Below are positions 28,929 through 38,248 of a DNA stretch of 64,000 nt, one piece after another. Numbering within the stretch: the stretch's first letter is position 1; each line of letters starts with the position of its first letter. The position numbers and the translations under genes were made by a program. The DNA comes from Cyanidioschyzon merolae (lineage: Eukaryota), in assembly GCA_000091205.1 (NCBI GenBank), contig AP006502.2; one strand, written 5' to 3'. The notes under the pieces are model-generated. The model did no database searches and was not told where the DNA came from. It was given only the letters and a program-made list of their open reading frames with translations.

Positions 28929-30713
28929 CGCCTGTGCGCACAAGCTCACTGGCGATGTTCGCTTAGGACCCGTCCCGTTCCGAATAACTTCCTGTTGGGT
29001 TCCGCATGAAAGATTTCCTGCTGGACGCTGTGATCTTCGTTGTGTCGAGAGGGTTCCGTGGGAGCTTGGACTTTGGGTGCAGTTATGGAATACGGAGACC
29101 AGTGGGGCTATGCATAGACCCCTGCAAACAAGTGCTGAGCATTTCCAGGAGGAATCGTATGCGCGCGCAGTCTGTTGCAGGTTCGGTGGACGCCCATTCG
29201 TGGTCAGCGCTTTCTCGGGTATGAGTAGCGTCGCATGCTGCCCGTTCGCCCTTGTTGAAGAGCCGGAACTCGACACGCGAGGAAGCGTCGACTCAACGAT
29301 GGATCCGATTGTTCTGAAAACGTACATATATGTACAATGGACAGATCGCTGTACTGTAATGCGTGCGCGCACGGAAGCAGTGCACGCTTCGACCGAGTCT
29401 TCGGTGCGTTCGATTCTTCGCGAAAAATAAAGATATTTATCATTTACAATTCACTGGACTGCACGCGTGCACAAGGGCGCAGCATCGACAGCGCGCCGTT
29501 CAAATCGCCGGGTCAAGCGCCGAGCGCTCCGGGTCGCCCGCTTCAGCAGCGCGTTTTTCTCACTGTTCGCCGTTGCCGCAGCGCTGCCTCCAAATGGGCG
29601 AGACAGGGCGCTCCGAAATGTACCGACTGCTTGCGTTCGAAATGAGTAGACTCAAACTGACTATGGAACGGTTGGGTGAGACTCTGGACCGTACCGATGC
29701 AACGACAGCGGCAGCGATAGGTTTTGTGTTGTTGGGCACGCAACTGAGCGTGGGCGCGCGCTGTGCTCTCCAGACAGCCCCAGCGCAACGATCCGTCGAG
29801 TCCACGTCACAGGACGCCTCTGAGCTGGCAACTGAGGAGTAAACGCGTTGTGTGCGCGCGATTACGACTTAAAAAAGTGCCATGAACGCGTTGCATCCCG
29901 CAGAGGATATGCATCGGAGTGTAGGCGGGTCGAATGGGCGGTGCTTCCGGCTTGTTTGTAAGCGGGGGCGCACCACTGCGCCGCCCAGCTCTGAACAAAG
30001 TGCCAAGATCGTGCGGACACCTGCCGCTGTTATTGGAGGTGCAGAATCGGGCGACTCGCTGCAGCCGCACCGGGCCGGCATTCCCCGGAAGAAAGCTCCG
30101 CCAGCGCATCCACCAAAGCGAGGTCGCGTGGCGTGCGAGCTCCGCGCCCCAAGCCACAGAGGTTTGAAAATCCTTCATGGTCTCGTCAAGCGTGCTGCTC
30201 TCTGGTGAAAGCCGGTCGGCATGTACGCAGTCCACCTCCGTGTTGTTCTTCAAATCGCGCCTGATAACATCCATAGTTTACGGTGACGAGGTGCCTTTGC
30301 CAGAGTCGGAACGCTGGCGCACTGCCAGAATGTTTCCCTGGGCCATGCATTGCTTAAGAGCAGTCATCCTAGAATAAATCCAAGACCCAGACTTTGAGCC
30401 TCGCTTCACAATGAATCAAATGCAAGTATCGTCTCCAGAGCATCTTGCAGCGCTCGATTCGCGGGAGCTTGTTTCCGCTGACGGACGTTTTCGGTCGACC
30501 GACAACAAGTGACGCAGCATAGTCTCTGTTCCAGCGACTTTGTGCGATACGAACGGGCTTAACAAACGAGCACCTCATCGTCGAACCTGATGCGGTGTTA
30601 CCAGAACTGTCTCTGAGGCAGTCCGGCGTCTCTATGTAAAACACGCGCCTCCACTTCGCTCATTGGCAGTGTGAAAAGTCTACGAGCAGCGCTCGGTTTT
30701 CACGTCGCTTTCG

Positions 30714-31370
30714 ATGACAGCGAACCTGGCGGCAACCGACGACTGGGGTGAGCTCCTCGACGTCCTGGACCCGGGGGATCCAACCGGCTCCCGGGTGATA
30801 GCACGCTACGATCGGTTACGCGTTCACCGCGAAGGGCTGCTTCACCGTTCGGTGCACGTGTGCGTGGTACGCTCCGTGCCCGACTGGCCCGCCCAGGTGC
30901 ACGGTCTGCGCAATACCAACTACAAGCTTCTGCTTCAGCGACGGAGCGAGTCCAAGGCGATTGCTCCCGGCTGTTGGGACCTATCCTGCGCAGAGCACTT
31001 GCGCGCCGGCGAGTCCTTCGAAGGAGCTGCTGTGCGGGGCCTGCAGGAAGAGCTCGGTCTAGCGCTTGCACCGGACCAGCAGACGACGCCAATACATGCC
31101 CTTGACGACGGAGAGCCGGCCTTGCAGCTCTACGACTATCCGAGCGTCGGCTTAACGGACTATGAATGGAATCGAATTTACGTAGTGTTCGTTACGGACC
31201 AGGCTGATGAGGCCCTGGCCAAACTCAAACTCGATTCCGCGGAAGTTGCTCAAGTTCGGTGGATTACCCGCGAGTCGCTCCAAATGGAACTTGCAGAGAA
31301 TCCATCGCATTTCACTCCGTGGTTTCGAGATCAGGCTCGAAAGCATCTCTTACCCAGTGCGTACAACTGA
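30714..31370 (+). CDS. IDI: Isopentenyl-diphosphate delta-isomerase, type I (Nudix-fold IDI)
   Basis: LLHRSVHVCVVR...KLLLQRRSESKAIAPGCWDLSCAEHLRAGESFEGAAVRGLQEELGL aligns with IDI (LHLAFSSWLFN...[45 protein letters not shown]), including the catalytic Cys and the Nudix-like GES..E....R...ELG block. DYEWNRIY corresponds to the ENEV metal/Glu motif, and SPW/TPWF is near the C-terminus. ATG at 30714. An AATAAA hexamer lies ~70 nt past the stop codon, at 31437-31442. Confidence 0.75.
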   Translation: MTANLAATDDWGELLDVLDPGDPTGSRVIARYDRLRVHREGLLHRSVHVCVVRSVPDWPAQVHGLRNTNYKLLLQRRSESKAIAPGCWDLSCAEHLRAGESFEGAAVRGLQEELGLALAPDQQTTPIHALDDGEPALQLYDYPSVGLTDYEWNRIYVVFVTDQADEALAKLKLDSAEVAQVRWITRESLQMELAENPSHFTPWFRDQARKHLLPSAYN

Positions 31371-32124
31371 GCATGGTTCGTGAGCGACTTGTTGCTATCA
31401 CACATGCTGCGGATCGTCGGGTTATACCCGTGTCAGAATAAAGTGGAAAGGGTCCATTTCGCTGATACAGGCGCAAACGCTCAGGTTGGGGTCTGTTCCC
31501 GTTGCCGTCAATAACGGCCTTTGCTGGCTTTTTCTGTGCATGTTTTCTTTTCCTCTGTCTGAACGCAAGCTTTACATGGACCGGTGTCTCGCTTCTCCCT
31601 GTAGGTCCGTTGTCAGCGGGTAAAAGATATTGATGGCAGCATGAAGTTCCTTATCGACGTGCTGCTGGCTGTTGTGGATGGGTTTCATGCACACGCGGAA
31701 GTTGTCATCTAAGCGTCGTAGGCCGTTTTCACCCTCTTTGGACACAGCGCCCAATAGCCCGTTGCAGGTTGACGCTTCACTGCGATTGGATGCTCGCATA
31801 TATCCGCTAGAGCTCCTACTCCGAAAGCTGTCCTGGAGCGTGCAAAACGATTGCTTCATCGCCGTCGAGAGGTGCCGTCGAAGAGTGCAACAAAAGCTCC
31901 AGTCGATGCCGTCCTCGATTTCCGTACCTGGTGTCGTACTCTATGATTCCAGGCTTGTTCTGGGAGATTTTCTAAGCGAGTGCTCTGTTTGGTGCACACG
32001 CAAGCGCGCGCTTTTCCTTTCGATAGAGGATTGGTGGAGCGCGACCTCGCCTATGATGAAACAAGTGCAAGGGTAGGGAATCCATGCTGGAGTACGAATC
32101 GACATATAGCTATCCCTGTGCGCT

Positions 32125-32285
32125 CATTTCATGCGAAGCGATGTCGCACTCCTCATTGGAAGCGATTGCTGCAATAACGAAACTCCAAGCGCAAGACCCT
32201 TTTCCATGCAAACAGAAGAGACGCGATCCTCTGGAAGCGTATCCCATGAGAGGCACCGTGCCGCTGGCGAATCTCGTTTTTTGGA
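32125..32285 (+). repeat. Copy B of the dispersed ~170-bp repeat family, inside a 1.6-kb gene-free AT-rich island between IDI and MCM8
   Basis: See copy A. Sequence: gaagcgatgtcgcactcctcattggaagcgattgctgcaataacgaaactccaagcgcaagacccttttccatgcaaacagaagagacgcgatcctctggaagcgtatcccatgagaggcaccgtgccg. Confidence 0.8.
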
Positions 32286-33044
32286 TGAGGACAACGAGAG
32301 AGGGACTTGTTTTTCGAATAGAGTCGATGATTTTTACACGACCAGTCTAGTAAGACTCTGGACATGAACTTGTGCATGGTCGCCAAGCAACGCCACGGAG
32401 TTCTCTTCGTCGTCAGTCCGGCGGGATGAGTTGCTGAACCCACGAGTTGCCTTGCAACGGGAAAATGAAATGCTTGAAACATGCTTGTTTCGAACAATCT
32501 ACATGTAAGCGCATGGGAGGCATGGAGGTTTGTACACGTGGATTGTATAACGTATCGGTTACTCTAACGAATCCTGTTCGAGGGGCCGTCACAAATCATC
32601 TTCACGACTGTGACATAGCGAATTCCAGTGACAAGTAGCGGATACAACCACTGCGAAAAACACGACTAAGCATTCTAGAATTGGGTCAGAGTCTGTAAGC
32701 TCCTCTCGCTACGCTTCGGGTGCCGAGACCGTACTTCTGAAAAACTGCGGAAGAAATCAGACGACAGGAACATAGCACCCAGTCCAGTGTTCCAGATGCA
32801 TCTGGTACGAGTGTCGTCGCTGCCCAGTCAGAGAGCCAAACGACGAACTCGGAGCCGTATGCGACAAGCAACCTCCGCTCAGGTGCCGAGTGTATCAGCA
32901 CTTTCCGTAATCGTGCGTGATTTGCATCGTGGAATCAGTGCGTCTCGCCTTCGATCCCATTCGCTGACCGGCTGCCTGCCTGCCTCGCTGGCTGGCTGAT
33001 TTCTTGCTCAGGTCCCGCTGACCCTGCGACTTGGTTCATTGTGC

Positions 33045-36017
33045 TCAGCTGCGTCGACGGGAGCCCGTATCTGTCGCCACACCAGCGAAATCGTTGCCCT
33101 GAAGCCGATACGTTCGATAGGAACGTTGGAGTAAGAATCCTTGCAGATTCAGCATATCGATAAACTGCGAGAAATCGGTTCCATGTTCAATATGATGTTG
33201 CTGAGCGATTTGCCGCAGTTCATCGAGGTGAAAAAGAGCATTCTGGCGACGGTTCGCCTCCTGGTGCAGCACCAAAAGGAACCGCCGAACATCGTTCGCA
33301 CGACTGGTGCCGCCTACGCGCGAAAAGTCAAGCACCCCGCGTTCATCCGAGTACACGTCCAGCATGGAGCACTGCATGATTTCAATGACATCGCGAGCAT
33401 CCTGAGCGCTAACAACGGAGCGAAGTTCAGCGCGCGCTCTTGCTTGTGCAAGTCGTTTCAGCGACTCAAGCTGACGAGTGGTGACCGGTGGCAGCGCCTC
33501 ATGACCGTGAACACCAGCAAGCGCATGCGCATTCCGGCGCATGAGTAGATAAAAATCGCGCAGGATTTGTTTCGCCTCTACACTCAGCACAGGGTGAATA
33601 AAGCGGCGCGCAAAGGCCACGTATGTTCGGAGATCCCGCGTAGATGCGGGCTTTTGTGCCCATTTCCTCGACTGCTGGAGGCGCTGCCAGAGGCTAACGC
33701 CCACGCTGCATTCTCCCGCCTTGTTGTTGGTAGCGGGCGGACTCGAGCCGTCGCTCGACTCTGTCGAGAGCGACCAGCGCATGGGTGCCGCGCGCTGGCG
33801 CCGCCCGCCAAACGTGGCCATGACATGCTCCGAGATGCGCTGGTCGCGGCAGCGGTCAGGCTGATCCTGAATCACAAAGACGAGGTCAAATCGTGAGAGG
33901 AGCGCGGGACACATTTTCAAGTTCTCGCAGACGGTGCGACGCTTGTCGTAGTGCCCTCCGATAGGATTTGCAGCCGCCAAAATGGAAGCCCGGGCAGCGA
34001 GTGTGCCGACAATGCCCGCCTTGGCGACACTGATGCTCTGCTGTTCCATGGCCTCCAAGAGTACCTGATAGTCCGCAGACATCTTATCGAATTCATCGAT
34101 GCAGCAAATGCCCCGGTCGGCGAGGACGAGCGCACCCGCCTCAAGCACGTACTCGCCGCTGCCGGACTCGCGACTTACGGTAACTGTCAAGCCCGAGTTG
34201 GTCGTGGTGTTGCCACAGACATAAACGGAGCGCGGGAGCAGTGCAGCAGCCGCTCGCAGCATCTGCGATTTCCCGACACCGGGATCTCCAACGACGAGTA
34301 CATGGATGTCGCTACGCGCTACGGAATGCTCCAGCGACTGCTGGTGTTCGCTCGCATCGCTCGCGTGCAATGCAGAGAGAATGTCGCTGTCCAGCATAGA
34401 GATGCCTGCTGGCCCGACATTATCTATGGCGGGGACCGGACGGGTTCCGCCACGGTTGCTGCCGCCCAGAATACCCAGCAAAAGCGCCGCCTTAATGATA
34501 TCATGACCGCATATGAGCGGACATAGCGATTGCACGAGGAACTCGAAGACATGTCCGCGATGCTCCAAAATTCCCCGGATGCACCGGAGATCCTCATCCG
34601 TAAACGAATCTGCATGCGGCCTGGAGCCACCGATGCCGGCTGGCCGAACCATGGTACCCTTGGATCGAAGCGACTGCGAGGTCTGGCCTCCGTCTTGCTC
34701 AGTGGCTGGATCTGGGGCGGCTGCCTCGAAGGTTGTCGCATCAGCAGCAAGCTCCCTCTGTTCGCCTTCCTTGGCGTCGTTGGTGGGAGTCAGCGAAATT
34801 ACCTCGAGGTAGACTTGGTAGAGCGCGTGGTCGCGGCCCCGTCGCGCGCGTGACGCATCCGCATCAAGACTCAGAAACCTGACAATGCCAACAACATCGA
34901 CGATATCACCGGGCACTACAGTGTCCAACATGTCTGCATACGTGAGCTCGCACTCCACGGTCCGCGGTATACCGCCGACATCGGCAACATTGCCCACAGA
35001 CGACAGCTCCTGCAGACGAATCCGTTGCCAGTCTAAAGTTACAGCCGAGCACCGATCCGGAAGAAAAACACGCGATTTGCATTCGGCAGACGCCATACAA
35101 TGCGGTGGTGGATTATACTGAAAGTTCGGGCATGTGACACGTTGGCTTTTGCCACATGTCGCGCAGGCAACGCTGATTGAGGACAACTGAGGACGGATGC
35201 TGCTCATTCGAATCACGGTGCCTCGAATACCAACGAGGCGGCCAACCGCATGTGCGCGCAGTTCGCTAAAATCGGTTTGGTCGCGTAGCCCCTGAAGGCG
35301 AACGACGGCGCGCGGTAAGCGAACAGCAGCCAGGTGCTCACCAATAAGGTCCAGGTATTGCTGAGGGCAAGAACCGAGAGCATGGAGATGATCGGCGCGA
35401 ACCCATGCGTGGATCTTCACTACCTGCACGATGGCCAGACCGAGGCAGTTCAGGGACTCCTCGGGGTTCTCTATAACGGCGTCAGCAAAGGTGCTCATGG
35501 TAGGCGAGCGCACAAGCAGCGTGTGCTCGACCGGCACGCTGATCTCATCAATGGTATCCATGAAGACACGGCAGCGCTGCATGTCGCCATCGGTTTCGGC
35601 GGATAAACGCTGCCAGCGATCAGTCGCGTCCATGGACTTTTCTCGGAGAGATTCGTCTCCACTTTCGAACGGGAACACTGACAGACCCGCTGCAGCACCT
35701 ACGATGCAGCTTCCAGAACCCGTGTCGTTCCCAGCAGGTCCCAGAGCGTTTACCCGAGCTGAAGACAGCGGCGCTGGGCGAACGGATTCGAGTGCTTGAC
35801 CTAGAGACGGTATACCAACCGCGGCAGCTGTCTGTTCGTAGCGGCACCGTGCTTGCGTCGCAACTGACTGCCCCTCTTGCGAAAGCAGAAACAATACAAC
35901 ATTTGCGGTGATTGCAAGACGAAAGTCACGATTCGTAGCGTTGCTATCCGCGTCGGTATCGTCTGCCCAAGCGTAGCACTCATACTCTGGCAGCCCAAGG
36001 GGGAAGCGAAGCTGCAT
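33045..36017 (-). CDS. MCM8: MCM8 (minichromosome maintenance 8-type AAA+ helicase)
   Basis: The AAA+ core (VGDPGVGKSQMLRAAAALLPRSVYVCGNTTTNSGLTVTVSRESGSGEYVLEAGALVLADRGICCIDEFDKM...LLEAMEQQSISVAKAGIVGTLAARASILAAANPIGGHYDKRRTVCENLKMCPALLSRFDLVFV) is near-colinear with human MCM8 rather than MCM2-7 or MCM9 (GDPGLGKSQML...YVCGNTTTTSGLTVT...EAGALVL.D.GIC.IDEFDKM). There is an N-terminal OB/Zn region with CATCGKSQRVTCP...C. ATG confirmed at 36015-36017 on the minus strand. Confidence 0.85.
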   Translation of the reverse strand: MQLRFPLGLPEYECYAWADDTDADSNATNRDFRLAITANVVLFLLSQEGQSVATQARCRYEQTAAAVGIPSLGQALESVRPAPLSSARVNALGPAGNDTGSGSCIVGAAAGLSVFPFESGDESLREKSMDATDRWQRLSAETDGDMQRCRVFMDTIDEISVPVEHTLLVRSPTMSTFADAVIENPEESLNCLGLAIVQVVKIHAWVRADHLHALGSCPQQYLDLIGEHLAAVRLPRAVVRLQGLRDQTDFSELRAHAVGRLVGIRGTVIRMSSIRPQLSSISVACATCGKSQRVTCPNFQYNPPPHCMASAECKSRVFLPDRCSAVTLDWQRIRLQELSSVGNVADVGGIPRTVECELTYADMLDTVVPGDIVDVVGIVRFLSLDADASRARRGRDHALYQVYLEVISLTPTNDAKEGEQRELAADATTFEAAAPDPATEQDGGQTSQSLRSKGTMVRPAGIGGSRPHADSFTDEDLRCIRGILEHRGHVFEFLVQSLCPLICGHDIIKAALLLGILGGSNRGGTRPVPAIDNVGPAGISMLDSDILSALHASDASEHQQSLEHSVARSDIHVLVVGDPGVGKSQMLRAAAALLPRSVYVCGNTTTNSGLTVTVSRESGSGEYVLEAGALVLADRGICCIDEFDKMSADYQVLLEAMEQQSISVAKAGIVGTLAARASILAAANPIGGHYDKRRTVCENLKMCPALLSRFDLVFVIQDQPDRCRDQRISEHVMATFGGRRQRAAPMRWSLSTESSDGSSPPATNNKAGECSVGVSLWQRLQQSRKWAQKPASTRDLRTYVAFARRFIHPVLSVEAKQILRDFYLLMRRNAHALAGVHGHEALPPVTTRQLESLKRLAQARARAELRSVVSAQDARDVIEIMQCSMLDVYSDERGVLDFSRVGGTSRANDVRRFLLVLHQEANRRQNALFHLDELRQIAQQHHIEHGTDFSQFIDMLNLQGFLLQRSYRTYRLQGNDFAGVATDTGSRRRS

Positions 36018-36269
36018 CGGAGCCGGTTCGGAGGCTTGGCGGTTGCGCTACTCCGGCAGCGCCAGCGTGATCCGCCCGTGAACTTCCCGAAAAGAAAGTA
36101 TGGATGAGATTTCGAGCTCGCGTGGAACGGTAGCGCTTACAGAAACTTGTTAAAACACGAGCTGCCGTCCAACCAGGGCAAGTGTGACGGAGTCTTGTCG
36201 CGAATCGTGTGCAAATGACAACATAGCAGCTGCACTGCTCAGGGAAGTGTTCGACGTTGTCGCTCTGCG

Positions 36270-36297
36270 CGCACACGCACACACGCACACACGCACT
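36270..36297. repeat. (CA)n/(CACG)n microsatellite in the MCM8 5' flank
   Basis: gcacacgcacacacgcacacacgcac read directly. Confidence 0.85.
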
Positions 36298-36362
36298 GCA
36301 GCTCCCGTTGCACGCATACGTGACACGTGTCCGCGGCTGCGCATCTGCACGCATGCATTAGA

Positions 36363-36374
36363 TTTCGCGCCAAA
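36363..36374. promoter_or_regulatory. Palindromic E2F-type site TTTCGCGCCAAA, ~350 bp upstream of the MCM8 start codon
   Basis: gatTTCGCGCCAAAaac is TTTCGCGC on one strand and TTTGGCGC on the other, i.e. the canonical overlapping bidirectional E2F/DP consensus TTTSSCGC. MCM genes are classic E2F targets. A 12-mer like this is expected well under once by chance in 64 kb. Confidence 0.4.
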
Positions 36375-38248
36375 AACAATTGCTGGCATCGCTTCATTCG
36401 GCACAAGCGTACGCAGGGCAGTGTTCCCCAGCTGTGCACTTATTCGCAGCGCGCGGTGAAGCATTCATCATTCCGCGCCCTACTTCCAAGTTCCATAACC
36501 CACAACTCTTCTCGGATATACCAGTCGTTTCGTATGTTCTTTCGTTCGCCGAGCGCCTGTCCTGATCATCCGCAAGAGCGCGTCTAGCGCCGATGCGGAA
36601 GCAACACGGAGACAGAGCGGCGTTGCCATACCACAGAGGGCGGCGACTCGAGCATTCCCTGACTCACCCGACGCAGGATCCGGTCTCGTCGTCGATTCAT
36701 GCTTAGCCAGTCTCCGCATGCAGACTAACCGTCGCTGCATGACACGCTGGAGAGACTTCGATGTTCGGAGGAATCCCGGGAGACGCCTCTCGCCTTCGCG
36801 ATCGTTTATGGAATGCATTGTCGGTTCGCGACGCGGGCTTTTGCTTGGCATCCCTCAGTGCTTGGGGGTACAAAGTGCTGGGCTCGTGTGTGCATCCGGT
36901 TCAATGGACCTTCCGCCTAGAGAGCAGACAATTGCTGGTATGCAGTGCGCATAGCGCTGACCAGGCGAGCATCCGCTGGATACAAAGCGCCAGCGGGATA
37001 CACTTTTTCGGGTTTCAACATCGTTTACCTATAAAAGAGATCCTCGAGTGCGCCACTCATACTGTCTTTCAGGAGAGCGTGCATCATCGGTAGATCCATG
37101 ACAAGGGCTGCCTGTACGCGTTGCGCCCTGTCGAAGTTAAGGATGACGTTTGGGGCAGAGGCGCTCGGAATGCCGCTGCACTTGCGAAGACGCTACCCGC
37201 GTGCTTGGATACGTGTCGCGAAACCGTGTGTGTTAGGGGACAACTTGAACGAGGCAGCGGATACACCACTGCAACGATTGCAGAGAACATGTCCAGCAGT
37301 TTGTCCAGCTGGGCAGATGCTCGTTGGCGAATCGCTGCTACGTCCGGATGTGCCTGCCATGGTTCCCGTGCACCTCTCATCCTGGAGGATGCGCGCACGA
37401 TAATTTGGCCACCCGATCCGAGACAACGATCGAGGTTCATGGAAGCCGCAGATCCCATGTTCATTCCGGCAACATGGATGATCTAAGACACAATCCGCAA
37501 GTAATGCATGTGCTCCTTGAACGAAACGCGAACATTAGCATCTCGAGAGCAGTTTCGCGCGCTCTGAAGCGACCAACGAGCGACTTGTCAAGCCCGTGCG
37601 TATCGTACGCGTGCCCCCTGGCATGTCTAAATTTCAGTCGTTGCATCATTCGTCGAAACATTTCGAGTCGAGCGCACGGCAGCGCCATCTCATTCCGGAC
37701 ACCTGATGTTGAGTGATGTCTTCACGAGCGCTACGACGTTGCCAGAATTTCGGGAGGTTTCCGTCCTGTGTAGAGCCACCAGCAATTTGCAAAAGCAGCA
37801 ATTTGAGTCTCTACACAGTTCCGATTAGACGCTTTCGTGATTCGCGTCTAGCGCCCGTGCGAATTATTGAGAGACGCATGCGACGGAAAAGAATGTCTCT
37901 CACGCACTACCGCAAAGCTTCGTTCGAAGTATACGCGCGTGCCGTACAAGCCGCTTCACCCCGGTAGATGTCGAGAGCCGCGTTGATGCCTAGCAAAGCT
38001 TCCAATGCCAAGTTGCTGTGGCTTGTGGCAAATATCCGCCGCCCCCTCGTCTCAAATTCGACCGCTGTAATTTGCAAACGAATGGACCCGTGTAGCGCCC
38101 ATCCAAATAGACCTCGAGTAAAGGCGGCACGTGTCGCTCGCACTCACTACGATCAACGACGAATCGGTGCTGCAGCGGAGACCAGGACAAGCAACTTGGT
38201 CTTGATTCGGCGGCAGTACTCACCGTTCACCTCCGCCGTACGCAGCGT

